From a virus (taxonomy: Duplodnaviria; Caudoviricetes): DNA of 64,000 bases. A program made the position numbers and the translations under genes. Positions 7,758 through 17,980 of the stretch are shown here, in pieces (position 1 is the first letter of the stretch; every line of letters begins with the position of its first letter). The stretch covers positions 1 through 64,000 of IMG/VR virus record IMGVR_UViG_3300035520_001285, one strand, 5' to 3'. The notes below the pieces were generated by a model. That model did not search any database and was not told the DNA's origin. It saw nothing but the letters and a program-made list of their open reading frames with translations.

Positions 7758-9769
7758 TTTTCAGCCTCCCTCTTAATAACAGCATTGGAAATAAGTTTTT
7801 TTCTCAGAGAGATATTCCACATATTTTCGTACTGGGTGTCCCTAAATATCTGATAAAACACATGAACATCTCGCTTTTGGGTGACACGATAGATGCGGTC
7901 TTCCATTTGTGAGTTATCAGAATATACATATGATATATTATTAAATACTAAGTACCTTGAATTAACAAGGTTTATACCAGTTGAAGCCGCAACAATGTTA
8001 CCTATAAAAACCATAACACTGTCGTCTTCATAGAAACGCTTAATAGCTTCGTCTTTCTGCTTTAGATTTGTTTTACCATTATAAATAACACATTTATCTC
8101 CGTAGTATTCTTTTAAGGCGTATAATTCTTCATCATAGCAACAAGCTACGACGACTTTTTCACCACGGCTAATAAGCTTATTAACAAGCTCAATGGTGTG
8201 TGGTGTCATTTGATTTGAGATATACTTGCGATATATAGCACCTTCAAGAAGTTCCTTATTTAGTTCTTTGGTTGGGTCTTCAGCAAGTTTAGCTTGTTCA
8301 TACTCATCCCAAAGTCTATCATATTCTTTCTTTTGTTCAGATGTCAAATCATAGAATTTCTCATGAACAGTTTTAGTTACCATATTGTTCATCTCTTCCT
8401 TAATTCTACGTAAATAAATATGAGAAATTCTGCACTTTAATTCGTCGAGATTGCTTGCCCCGTTAGAAATTGTCATCATTCTGCAACTCTTTTTTATTAG
8501 GGTATTGAGCATGTTTTTCTCGGCTTCATTTAATTCATACCAATTCCTTTTACCACAGTTAGAGATGAATGTAGTACTGATTCTATTGCGTTTGTCTTTG
8601 TCTTTTGGATGGCAAATCTCCTTTGCATCGCAGTATCTTTCGAGATAGTACTTTCTATCCTGTGCGATTGGCTCATCTAATAGCTCAAGTAAACAGAGTA
8701 AATTTTGAGGGTTGTTTGTAATAGGTGTGCCCGTAGATAAAAATACACTATGGGGCTTACCTTTTTGTAACAAACTTTTTATGATTTTGTAACGTATAGA
8801 GGTGTTATTTGAAAGGTTATGAGCCTCATCGATTATAATCAATGACTTTTTATTGGTTATAAATTGCAGCATAGGGCTTTCGTTGTAAGCCTTTAAAATA
8901 TTCTCCTTACTACGGGTAACAGGAATCTTATAAAATTCATCCAATATATCGTAGTTAACGATTACATATTTGTTTTCTTTCCATTTGCCTGCTGATTTGG
9001 CTTCTTCTAAAAGTTCATCTTTAGTCTTACCTGAAGTAGATTGTTTATACCCTAAGAATTCTTCCAATTCAGATTTGGTCTTGCTATTAATAGAATCAAT
9101 AATACTAATGTATTTTGTGTCTACATAATAAGACAATTCATTTTTCCAATTGGTTTTTAATGATGCGGGGCAGATAATTATTACGGCATCAAAATTACCT
9201 TCAATAGAGGCCACGGTTAGAGAAGAACTTTTGCCAAGACCCATATCATCGGCCAATATTGAATGTCTTCTTGAAATAAGGAACTTAACGGCTTCTTCTT
9301 GATGAGACATAAGTTCTCGGTCAAACCCTCTTGATTGAGAGAGCTTTGTATAACGTGTAAAATCTATATCTACATTATGGTAATCTTCAGCAAGAAAATC
9401 TTCAATAATACCTCTTTTTGAAAGGAATTCCATTTTTGGAGCAACAGAGGTACGGTATTGAACATAGCAATGCCATGCATATTCAGTTTCGCCTAAATAT
9501 GAGATAATTTTAACTACTTTCGGAATGAAGTCAGTACCCCATTCTTCCTTTTTCTTCTCACCATACCAATCTGCAAGTTTTACAATTTTATTAATTGTTC
9601 TTGGGTTGGTATTGGCATTACGAAGTATGTAATCAACTTGCAAATCCTTAATAGCACTTACATTCTTAAGAGCATATACCTCTTTTTGAAGATACAGTAT
9701 ATAAGGATTTGAACCACGATATTTCTCTAAAATTGAAAAGGCTTCTTCTTGCCTGTTAAATTTTACCAT
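7754..9769 (-). CDS. SNF2-family helicase/ATPase
   Basis: LADDMGLGKS (Walker A), IIDEAH, STGTPITN, GINL...QMEDRIYR motifs. Confidence 0.92.
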   Translation of the reverse strand: MVKFNRQEEAFSILEKYRGSNPYILYLQKEVYALKNVSAIKDLQVDYILRNANTNPRTINKIVKLADWYGEKKKEEWGTDFIPKVVKIISYLGETEYAWHCYVQYRTSVAPKMEFLSKRGIIEDFLAEDYHNVDIDFTRYTKLSQSRGFDRELMSHQEEAVKFLISRRHSILADDMGLGKSSSLTVASIEGNFDAVIIICPASLKTNWKNELSYYVDTKYISIIDSINSKTKSELEEFLGYKQSTSGKTKDELLEEAKSAGKWKENKYVIVNYDILDEFYKIPVTRSKENILKAYNESPMLQFITNKKSLIIIDEAHNLSNNTSIRYKIIKSLLQKGKPHSVFLSTGTPITNNPQNLLCLLELLDEPIAQDRKYYLERYCDAKEICHPKDKDKRNRISTTFISNCGKRNWYELNEAEKNMLNTLIKKSCRMMTISNGASNLDELKCRISHIYLRRIKEEMNNMVTKTVHEKFYDLTSEQKKEYDRLWDEYEQAKLAEDPTKELNKELLEGAIYRKYISNQMTPHTIELVNKLISRGEKVVVACCYDEELYALKEYYGDKCVIYNGKTNLKQKDEAIKRFYEDDSVMVFIGNIVAASTGINLVNSRYLVFNNISYVYSDNSQMEDRIYRVTQKRDVHVFYQIFRDTQYENMWNISLRKKLISNAVIKREAEK

Positions 9770-9807
9770 TACATAAAGTTTTGAACTTTAGAAAATATAC
9801 AAAAAAA

Positions 9808-9836
9808 TGCTCATAAAGTCAATGGCATTATGAGCA
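9808..9836 (-). terminator. Intrinsic terminator
   Basis: TGCTCATAA / TTATGAGCA stem with a T-tract on the minus strand, after ORF 9865..10956. Confidence 0.65.
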
Positions 9837-9864
9837 AAATAATAAGTTTAAATTAATTGAGTCT

Positions 9865-10956
9865 TTATTCTTCAGTAGCAAATGCTTCAGCCGACATTTC
9901 TTGGAATGTTTTACCGAGTTGGTCCTCTGCTATCTTAACTAAAGCTTTCGAGTCAACAGGCATTTCGGGTTTATTACTGCCACGGCTGAGCGATGAAATC
10001 GAATCATTGATGTAATAATAAGGAACACCATCGACTGTAGCGCAAATACAAAGAATGCCATCGAGTAGGAAAGTTTGGGCTCTGAACTCCTTATCAATTT
10101 CGGCACGTTCTTTGGTATACGCAATCAGTTTTTCAGGGTCGTCGGCCAAAATATCGTACATGCTTTTTTCGAATTCATAATCAGCACGGCTTGGAACCCC
10201 ATTATCCCAATTCCATTTTTCTTTAGGTTTAGCTTGCATTGTGCTTGCTAGGTTACCGTCTATTTCATCAACGATTTTACCATTTTCATCAACAAGGTAA
10301 TTTGAACATTTAGGAGATTTTACACCCTTCATATTGAAGTCGTGTGACAATCTGCCTGTTTGGTTTTGTTGGATATTCCCATAACCTGCATCACTTCTCA
10401 CATTATGGTTATCACCAAGATAGCCATCACTTTCAATAGCGCCACCAAAGCTCATGCGGAGATTGCGTTTCTTTTCAGCATTTGTAGTGTAGAGCTTATT
10501 GAATGTTTTTTTAGACAGCCATTGTACGCCTGAATAACGCTGTGTGATGAGCATATTCATAAGAGGATTTTTATCTTCAGGTTTACGGCCAGTACCTTTT
10601 ACAGCGGGGTCGTTATAGTTGGTAATATCTTGAAACCATTTAGAGTTTTTATCACCTTGGTAATGGTCTAATGCATTTTTCACATCATCGGTACGCCATG
10701 TACGTTTGCCTGTGTAAATAGGAAGGGCCTTTACATAGGTAAAACTTACGAAACGAGTATTACCCTTTTCATCCAAATCATTAAGAATATCAAGAATCTG
10801 ATCACGTGATACCTGTTTGCGTTCTCCCGCAACGGCTTCATTGATCATTCGTTCTTCATTGAGCATAGCCACGTTATACGTATTGTGGTTTTCAATACGC
10901 TCCATCAAAGACCGCATTTTTGCAGCGGCAATCTTATTTGCTTTATTTTTATCCAT
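9865..10956 (-). CDS. Hypothetical phage protein (363 aa), possibly late/virion-associated
   Basis: Long ORF with host-like codon usage, preceded by a TATTTAT motif and followed by a terminator. Confidence 0.7.
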   Translation of the reverse strand: MDKNKANKIAAAKMRSLMERIENHNTYNVAMLNEERMINEAVAGERKQVSRDQILDILNDLDEKGNTRFVSFTYVKALPIYTGKRTWRTDDVKNALDHYQGDKNSKWFQDITNYNDPAVKGTGRKPEDKNPLMNMLITQRYSGVQWLSKKTFNKLYTTNAEKKRNLRMSFGGAIESDGYLGDNHNVRSDAGYGNIQQNQTGRLSHDFNMKGVKSPKCSNYLVDENGKIVDEIDGNLASTMQAKPKEKWNWDNGVPSRADYEFEKSMYDILADDPEKLIAYTKERAEIDKEFRAQTFLLDGILCICATVDGVPYYYINDSISSLSRGSNKPEMPVDSKALVKIAEDQLGKTFQEMSAEAFATEE

Positions 10957-10983
10957 GTAAATTAATAATCAAAATCTTTAATA

Positions 10984-11010
10984 ATAAATATAACAGAAAA
11001 TTCTATTTAT
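10984..11010. promoter_or_regulatory. Divergent pair of TATTTAT putative late-promoter motifs
   Basis: ATAAATA at 10984-10990 (minus-strand gene) and TATTTAT at 11004-11010 (plus-strand gene); the same motif precedes other structural genes. Confidence 0.5.
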
Positions 11011-11030
11011 TTAAAAAGCGATTTTACATT

Positions 11031-11573
11031 ATGGCTATTGACAATAGCAATATAAGAAGAAAAAATCCCATAAATAGGAATAATTTATTTCTTTCCCCTG
11101 AGCAATTTAAAGTTCAAATGGGGTTTGCGAATGAATATGTTAATAAAGTTCTAAATCAAACTGTCATTTTATATGAAGTTGATTTAGAACAGACGAATAC
11201 GACTGTGACTTATCAAGAAGCTGATTTTGATAATATTATCTTCAAAACACCTGTTGAATTGAATGTTATTTTTAATTTGCATGGCTCGGAATTAAAAACT
11301 TACGATAAGAGCAATATCAAAGGCTACTATGTAAAGGTCGGCCAATTGGAATTCACTATATATAATAATGAGTTAGAAGCTAACCATTGCGACATAAAAA
11401 GAGGCGATTATATTGGCTTACAGGTAACTCCTGAGCATATTGAATATTTCATAGTATCAGATGACGGTAGGGTTAACTATGACAATAAGCATACTTTATT
11501 CGGTACGGTCCCTTTCTATCGCACAATTAAATGTGCTGTAGTGAGCGATGCCACTGAAACAACTAATATCTAA
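11031..11573 (+). CDS. Probable neck/head-closure protein (T4 gp14-like)
   Basis: ATG at 11031 (the track start at 10920 overlaps the divergent gene). VILYEVD...PVEL...GQLEFTI...IKRGDYIG pattern; position in the neck/sheath module. Confidence 0.55.
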   Translation: MAIDNSNIRRKNPINRNNLFLSPEQFKVQMGFANEYVNKVLNQTVILYEVDLEQTNTTVTYQEADFDNIIFKTPVELNVIFNLHGSELKTYDKSNIKGYYVKVGQLEFTIYNNELEANHCDIKRGDYIGLQVTPEHIEYFIVSDDGRVNYDNKHTLFGTVPFYRTIKCAVVSDATETTNI

Positions 11574-11589
11574 ATAATATATCAAGAAT

Positions 11590-12669
11590 ATGATAAAGAA
11601 AAACTTAAATGATTTGAATTTACACCAACCATTATTAGGTAATGAGCGTAGGCTTGAAATGTTTAATGATATCGTGGCTAACGGGGTACCACTACCTAAG
11701 GCTGTTACATATCAAGATATTGATGATGATTTCAAGAGGTGGGTTAATGAGGATTTAGTTATTGTTGATGATAATGGCAACAAATTCCCTACAATGTCTT
11801 TGTTTAGTAATCAAAGATTTTCGGAGTATTCACAATCATGGAGCTTTACAGATAAGAACAATAATTTATTGTTGAATTTTAAGACGGTAACTCGTGAAAA
11901 CAATCCTCAATACGGAAAAATACAGGGTGGATTATGGAACATTCCTGGCGATAGATTCTACACTATGCAAAAAGTAAAACACCTTGATGAAAATGGTACA
12001 GAATCGCTGTTGGTATTTAAGATGAGAGAACCTGTTGCCGTAGACTTTAAATATAAGCTTACAATATTTGCAACTAAGTTCCAATATATCAATGACTTTA
12101 ATACCATAATGGTCAAAAAATTTGCCGCAAGACAATGCTATATAAGACCGAATGGCCATTATATGTCTATGATACTAGAGGGTATTAATGATGAATCCGA
12201 ATACAATATAGATGATAGGCAATTCTATTCTCAATCCTACGATATAAAGGTGATGGGATATATACTTACCGAGGATGATTTCAGGGTATATGAAGAACCG
12301 CTAAAACAAGGCTTTTCGTTCATGCAATTGCCTAAAAGAAAAAAGAAAACATCTGATGTTGAAATAGAAGAAACCAAGGGTAAGTATTTTGATGAGATTT
12401 CACTTGAAGTTACTTTTCCCAAGAATTCAACCAAGACCGAATTCACAATTGATACCGATTTTATAGTTAAAAATATTGAATTGGAAAACGTAACTAAGAA
12501 TTATCGGATAATCGTAAAGGACGACGAACTTCAGGAAAATAAAATCATTTCATTTAAAGAGAACGATAAAATTAAAATCACCATTAATAAACGAAACCCA
12601 ATAAAAGAAAGTAAGCTAATATTAAAGGGTATAAAACAGTTCGATAAAAATCTAATAAATTCTCATTGA
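11590..12669 (+). CDS. Probable tail terminator/sheath stabilizer (T4 gp15-like); 3' end probably altered by the TnpB insertion
   Basis: YQDIDDDFKRWV...P...VDFKYKLTIF pattern; lies between the neck gene and the sheath gene. Confidence 0.5.
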   Translation: MIKKNLNDLNLHQPLLGNERRLEMFNDIVANGVPLPKAVTYQDIDDDFKRWVNEDLVIVDDNGNKFPTMSLFSNQRFSEYSQSWSFTDKNNNLLLNFKTVTRENNPQYGKIQGGLWNIPGDRFYTMQKVKHLDENGTESLLVFKMREPVAVDFKYKLTIFATKFQYINDFNTIMVKKFAARQCYIRPNGHYMSMILEGINDESEYNIDDRQFYSQSYDIKVMGYILTEDDFRVYEEPLKQGFSFMQLPKRKKKTSDVEIEETKGKYFDEISLEVTFPKNSTKTEFTIDTDFIVKNIELENVTKNYRIIVKDDELQENKIISFKENDKIKITINKRNPIKESKLILKGIKQFDKNLINSH

Positions 12670-12736
12670 TACTTGCACTTTTTATTTTTCTGTATATTTA
12701 TATATGTAATGGGTTATTAACCCCATTCATATATAA

Positions 12737-13978
12737 ATGATATTAAGAGCGATTAAAATAAGATTATATCCAAACAAAGCGCAACAAGAGTCTTTAAATA
12801 ATACGCTTGGATGTTATCGTTTTGTTTATAATCAATGTCTTGCTCTTAAAAACCGAACATACGAGGAAACGAAACAAAGCCTTGGGCTTTGTGAGCTTTC
12901 AAAGCATTTTCACGGCGTTTTGTTAAAACAAGAGGAATACTCTTGGTTAAAAGAACAAAACACTAAAGTAATGAAACAAGCAATAAGGCAATTGCTTGTT
13001 GCCTATAAGAATTTCTTTGAAGGCAGGGGCTACCCTAAGTTCAAAAAGAAATCCGATGGGCAATCGGCCTTGTTTCCTTATGACGCTATATCAAAGAGTA
13101 ATACCTTCGAAAAGAAAACGATTTCTTTAACCAAACCTCTGAAAGATATTAAGTTCCGCTGCTCGAACCTTATATTTGAACGGCTCCAAAGATACAAGAA
13201 TAACATCAAGAGCGCAACTTTGTCAAAAACCAAGACAAACAAGTACTTCCTATCGGTTCTTGTTGAAATGGATAAAGCGGAGCTTATCCGCTTTCAACAT
13301 ACCAACCGAAAGGTTGGTATAGACCTCGGAGTTAAAGATTTTGTTATAACTTCAGATGGAGAAGTGTTTGAAAACAAACACTTCAACAAAGTTAAAAAAG
13401 GTAAGATAGCAAGGCTACAAAAGCGACTTTCCAAAAAGCAGAAAGGTTCTCACAATCGTGAGAAGGTAAGGCTTAGACTTGCCAAAGCCTATGAAAAAGC
13501 GACTAATCGTAGAATCGACTACTTGCATAAGATAGTTAATTCATTGTTGACTGATTACGATTACGTTTTCATGGAAAACCTTAATGTAAATGGAATGCTT
13601 AAGAACCATAAGATAGCTTATGCTATTCAAGAGCTTGGATTGTATTCATTTAAGGCTTTACTGAAAGGCAAAGCCTTAATGAATAACAAGCTTGTTATCG
13701 AAGTGGACAGATTCTATCCGTCAAGTCAGCTTTGCCATCATTGTGGTTGCAGGTATAAAGGCCTGCGTTTATCCGAAAGGCAATGGCATTGCCTGCAATG
13801 CGGCAACGACCTTGACAGGGATAAAAACGCAGCTATCAATATCTTGAACGAAGGCCAAAGAATAATAGGCAGCCGTACTGCCGAATTTACACTTGTGGAC
13901 TATCCAACCATGGATGAACGCTCTGATTATCAGAGCCTAAAAAGTGGTGATAGGTTAAAGCAAGAAGCAAAATCATAA
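12737..13978 (+). CDS. tnpB: TnpB RNA-guided endonuclease
   Basis: N-terminal HTH RAIKIRLYPN; RuvC-I GIDLGVKDF; RuvC-II FMENLNVNGM; Zn finger CHHCG...CLQCG; RuvC-III DRDKNAAINI. Confidence 0.95.
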   Translation: MILRAIKIRLYPNKAQQESLNNTLGCYRFVYNQCLALKNRTYEETKQSLGLCELSKHFHGVLLKQEEYSWLKEQNTKVMKQAIRQLLVAYKNFFEGRGYPKFKKKSDGQSALFPYDAISKSNTFEKKTISLTKPLKDIKFRCSNLIFERLQRYKNNIKSATLSKTKTNKYFLSVLVEMDKAELIRFQHTNRKVGIDLGVKDFVITSDGEVFENKHFNKVKKGKIARLQKRLSKKQKGSHNREKVRLRLAKAYEKATNRRIDYLHKIVNSLLTDYDYVFMENLNVNGMLKNHKIAYAIQELGLYSFKALLKGKALMNNKLVIEVDRFYPSSQLCHHCGCRYKGLRLSERQWHCLQCGNDLDRDKNAAINILNEGQRIIGSRTAEFTLVDYPTMDERSDYQSLKSGDRLKQEAKS

Positions 13979-14002
13979 ATTTTATTAGAATTTTGTATAC
14001 GG
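13860..14002 (+). ncRNA. Putative TnpB omega/reRNA scaffold
   Basis: Hairpins GGCAG-CCGTA-CTGCC and GCTCTGAT-T-ATCAGAGC, plus CTATC/GATAG pairing, overlap the tnpB 3' end as is known for TnpB reRNAs. Confidence 0.55.
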
Positions 14003-14113
14003 TAAATCCAAATGTAATTCACAATAAAGAAGACTTATTAAAAAAATATGGGTTGAATGAGAAGGAATTGCACGATAATATCGTAAAGATATATAGTGAG
14101 TACAATTAAGATG

Positions 14114-14143
14114 AGGCTACTAAAAACAGTAGCCTTTTATTTT
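14114..14143 (+). terminator. Intrinsic terminator
   Basis: AGGCTACT-AAAAAC-AGTAGCCT followed by T-rich sequence. Confidence 0.7.
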
Positions 14144-14223
14144 GCTGTGAAAAATAACTTTCAAAAGTGAGCAGCTATTTATATATAAAATAATCGAATA
14201 AAATAAAATTAAGCAAATATAAC

Positions 14224-17200
14224 ATGGGAAAAATCAGAGGAACACACTCAAGCCCTGGTGTTTATACCGAAATTACCGATTTGAATTATGCGGCTAAAAG
14301 TTTAGGTATTACGACCCTTGGCCTTGTAGGTGAAACCAAAAAAGGCCCCGCTTTTGAACCTATTGCTATCTCCAATTGGAGTGAATTCAAAGATTACTTC
14401 GGAGATGTGAGTGCAGAAAAGTTTAAGGATAGCCAGTACCCTAAATATGAGTTGCCTTACATCGCAAAATCATATCTTTCGGCATCTGACCAACTTTATG
14501 TATGCCGTGTTCTCGGTCTTAGCGGTTATAACGCAGGCCCTGCTTTTTTAATTACGGCCCAAAAAGAAGACGACGATACTAAGAAATATGTTGTAGGCGT
14601 TCTCAGGGCAAGAGGTCACTATGACAAATATGCTAAGCATGGTGATATCTGTAATGGTGGTTATACAACATATGACACTCTTTCGTTTGATTGCGATACT
14701 GTAAAAATCACCCCCTATACTAGTGTATATATAATCACTCAATGCGAAACAAGCGTTTCAGGTGAGACTGCTGATAGCGTCGATATTACTCAATACAATA
14801 TGGGCCAATTTACCATTGAGGCATACAAAGATGGTGAGTTGGTTGGTAAGTACCCTGTGTCATTAAATGCAGGTTCTAAAGATTATATCTATAACGTACT
14901 CGGTAGCACTCCTACCGAAGGTTCTGCTGCCGTATTTGTGGAAGAACTTTATGATGTACGTCTTAATGAACTCATCGCCAATGGTACTGTTGATATAATT
15001 TCAAGTGGTACCGTTGCTATGGGTCGTGACGTTAGTCTTAATGCTGTTCATAATCCTGTAAGTGATTTTGCCGAACTTCCATATCACAAGTTGACTAAGA
15101 AAAATCTTGGTTTGACATATCTTTGTGTGTCAGGTGGCTCTGAAGACTTGATGTATATGAAGAACGACGGTGATGGTTCAATTAACCCCGAATCAAGACT
15201 TTATTCAATGGAACGTGGTGGCCTATACACTGTTGCTTCTTATGTGACAAGTGCAGGTACTAAGTCTTATTGCTACATGAATCTTGTAAATGATAACGGC
15301 AATAGTCTTAAAATTGGCAAAGAAGTTGTTACAAGCGGTAATACTGCAACCTCAAGTGTCGATGTAGTTAAGGTACTTGCTTACGATACCCTTTTCCAAC
15401 TTGATGATGGTGGTAACGTAATCCCTACAACCAACATTAGTGATTATCATGAACAATTCCGTTGCGCTTCAACCCCTTGGATTGTATCTGAACTGAAGGG
15501 CGATGGCGAGAATATTGAAGTTAAGAAACTTTTCCGTTTCCATACCATTACTGATGGTACAGGTGCTAATTCTCAAATTAAGATTTCTATCGCCAATATT
15601 GAACCCAACGAAGGTACATTCGATGTATTAATTCGTGACTTTAACGATAGTGACGCATCTCCCTCTATTCTCGAACAATATAAGAATGTGAATCTTATCC
15701 CTGGCAATTCAAAATATCTCGGTCTTAAGATTGGTACTCTTGATGGTTCTTATGAAACAGTCTCTAAGTATGTACTTGTTGAAATCATTGAAAATGACAT
15801 GACACAAAATTGCGTACCTTGCGGTTTCTTAGGCTACCCTGTTCGTGATTATTCAATGATTGGTAACAATATTGTTGCGCCTACATTCACATACAATACT
15901 TCTTATAATGAAGATATTAAGGATAAACGTCAATACTTCGGTATGGGCGATATTGATGGCGTAAGCTCAGTAGACGTTGATATGCTTTATTACAAGGGTA
16001 AGAACGCTTATACTGAAGACTATCGTTACGGTTATACTCATCCTTTCCACCTCGACTCTACTCTTAACAAAACAATTCTTGATGACCTCAAAAATGGTGG
16101 CCATCCTGTAACTGTTACGGTAGATGGCGACCAAGACACTGCAAGCCTTGTTTGGGACACCGTTTCACCTGATTATGACCCGACTGAATTCGAGGGTGCT
16201 CCTGTGATTGGCGATGAAACCGACATGGAAGGTACTCTTTATGAAAAGGTAGCTTTACGTAAGTTTACTGTTTATCCTTGTGGTGGTTTTGATGGTTGGG
16301 ATATTTACCGTGGTAGTCGTACAAATACTGATGAATTCAAGGCATCTAAGTACAAAGGTACTATCTCCAATGGCATGGGTGCTACATTCTCCAAAATTTC
16401 AAATGCAGATACCCTCGCTTTGGATGCAGGTGCAATCACGTCTGATTACTATGCATATTTAGCAGGTATTAATCAATTTGAAATCCCTGAAAGAACTGTT
16501 ATCAACTTGTTTGCAACGCCTGGCATTGACTACGTAAACAATACTTTACTTAGTAATGATGCCCTTGACATGATTGAGGAAAAACGTGGTGATACATTCT
16601 ATGTCATGACTACACCCGATAAGCCTTGGGGTGCTTCAGATGCCCGTGATGAGATGTATAGCTCTGCTGATGCTGCTGAAAACCTTGCAGATACAGGCAT
16701 TGATACCATCTATGCTTCAACTTACTATCCTTGGATTAAGTATTATGATAAAACTAATTCAATTTACGTAAATCTTCCTGCTACCAAGGACGTGTTAAGA
16801 AACTTAGCCAACATTGATAACAAGAAATATCCATGGTATGCTCCCGCTGGTATTGAACGTGGTGATGTTGAATGTACTAAGATGCACTTCTTTGCTAAAC
16901 TTGAAGATGAAGATACGCTTTATGATGCTAATATCAACCCGTTGAAAACATTCTCCGAAGATGGTGTTAAGGTTTGGGGTAACAAGACAATGACACAACG
17001 TGATTCCCCACTCAATCGAATTAATACTGTTCGTTTGATGTTGTATCTGCGTAAACTTGTCGTGGCTGCATCTCGTAAGTTAGTATTTGAACCGAATGAT
17101 ACTACGCTTAAAACTCAACTTGAAGGTATCATCAATCCTATCTTAGCTCAAATCAAGAGTGACAGAGGCCTTACCGACTATCGTGTTGTGGTTTCACAAA

Positions 17201-17325
17201 CAACTGAACAAATGGATGCCCATGAGGTTAGTGCTTCAATTTACGTTAAGGCCACCCCTTCAATGGAATACCTTGAAATTTCATTCGTTGCCACTCCCCA
17301 AGGTGTTAGTTTCGATGATATTTAA
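14224..17325 (+). CDS. Contractile tail sheath protein (T4 gp18-like)
   Basis: N-term SPGVYTEITD...GLVGET.KGPAFEP; C-term INLFATPGID, YYPWIK, PWYAPAGIERG, INPL, VWGNKT, RINTVRL. Confidence 0.93.
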   Translation: MGKIRGTHSSPGVYTEITDLNYAAKSLGITTLGLVGETKKGPAFEPIAISNWSEFKDYFGDVSAEKFKDSQYPKYELPYIAKSYLSASDQLYVCRVLGLSGYNAGPAFLITAQKEDDDTKKYVVGVLRARGHYDKYAKHGDICNGGYTTYDTLSFDCDTVKITPYTSVYIITQCETSVSGETADSVDITQYNMGQFTIEAYKDGELVGKYPVSLNAGSKDYIYNVLGSTPTEGSAAVFVEELYDVRLNELIANGTVDIISSGTVAMGRDVSLNAVHNPVSDFAELPYHKLTKKNLGLTYLCVSGGSEDLMYMKNDGDGSINPESRLYSMERGGLYTVASYVTSAGTKSYCYMNLVNDNGNSLKIGKEVVTSGNTATSSVDVVKVLAYDTLFQLDDGGNVIPTTNISDYHEQFRCASTPWIVSELKGDGENIEVKKLFRFHTITDGTGANSQIKISIANIEPNEGTFDVLIRDFNDSDASPSILEQYKNVNLIPGNSKYLGLKIGTLDGSYETVSKYVLVEIIENDMTQNCVPCGFLGYPVRDYSMIGNNIVAPTFTYNTSYNEDIKDKRQYFGMGDIDGVSSVDVDMLYYKGKNAYTEDYRYGYTHPFHLDSTLNKTILDDLKNGGHPVTVTVDGDQDTASLVWDTVSPDYDPTEFEGAPVIGDETDMEGTLYEKVALRKFTVYPCGGFDGWDIYRGSRTNTDEFKASKYKGTISNGMGATFSKISNADTLALDAGAITSDYYAYLAGINQFEIPERTVINLFATPGIDYVNNTLLSNDALDMIEEKRGDTFYVMTTPDKPWGASDARDEMYSSADAAENLADTGIDTIYASTYYPWIKYYDKTNSIYVNLPATKDVLRNLANIDNKKYPWYAPAGIERGDVECTKMHFFAKLEDEDTLYDANINPLKTFSEDGVKVWGNKTMTQRDSPLNRINTVRLMLYLRKLVVAASRKLVFEPNDTTLKTQLEGIINPILAQIKSDRGLTDYRVVVSQTTEQMDAHEVSASIYVKATPSMEYLEISFVATPQGVSFDDI

Positions 17326-17350
17326 TTGAACAACAATATCTTATAATAAC

Positions 17351-17428
17351 AAATGAGGTCTATTAACTTAGGCCTCATTTTTTATTCACATGCAATAAAA
17401 AAACGCAAGCCATAAAATTGACTTGCGT
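17351..17428. terminator. Pair of back-to-back terminators for convergent genes
   Basis: AAATGAGG...CCTCATTT+T (plus strand) and ACGCAAG...CTTGCGT with a minus-strand T-tract. Confidence 0.7.
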
Positions 17429-17452
17429 AAAATATAAAAAATGAAAAAACCT

Positions 17453-17812
17453 TTACTTCATCTCTCGTTCTTCAGCTTTCTTGTCGTTAGCCTTATCTAT
17501 TAAACTGAATACTTTTTTAAGAACTTCATATTGAGGGTCTTCGGGGGTTTTATAAAGAGCTGTCATACCTTTAAGGGCAATACCTCTAATCTGATTGATA
17601 GGACTATTATCGTCTTGTAATTCGGCTTCAATCTCCTCATCGGCATTACGTGGAGCTATAGGTTCTTGCTCTTTATCGTCGAAGTCATTGTATTCATCGT
17701 CTTCATCACAATAAGAATCATTAAAAGAAATTGATTCTTTTAAACATCTTTTGTGGATAATATCTGTCATTTGTTTGATTTCGTCGAAATCCTTTGTAAA
17801 ATCTTTCTTCAT
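17453..17812 (-). CDS. Hypothetical acidic protein
   Basis: ORF probably starts at ATG 17812 (MKKDFTKDF), downstream of a TATTTAT motif. Confidence 0.65.
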   Translation of the reverse strand: MKKDFTKDFDEIKQMTDIIHKRCLKESISFNDSYCDEDDEYNDFDDKEQEPIAPRNADEEIEAELQDDNSPINQIRGIALKGMTALYKTPEDPQYEVLKKVFSLIDKANDKKAEEREMK

Positions 17813-17980
17813 GCTTTCGAATAGTTTATTGCTATTGCATTTAATAATAAATATCATTTAATACCGCAAAAGTCAAGTTTAGATAATGCAAAAACTTAGT
17901 GAATAAAACATTTATTATTGAAAGTTATATTGTTTGACTTTTTAATAATAAAATGTTATACTTTAACAAAGCTATCTTTG

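Larger units (their letters stand above)
12627..14004 (+). mobile_element. Non-autonomous tnpB-only element (IS200/IS605/IS607 superfamily)
   Basis: tnpB with no transposase; imperfect inverted ends (GTATAAAA...AATCTAATAAATT versus AATTTTATTAGAATTTTGTATAC); GG/GGTA at both junctions; hairpin before the ATG. Boundaries are inferred. Confidence 0.6.

Noticed and set aside
12627-12736. IStron (group I intron-IS chimera) that would splice the TnpB element out
   Set aside because: Only about 110 nt lie between the inferred left end and the tnpB start, too short for a group I intron core.
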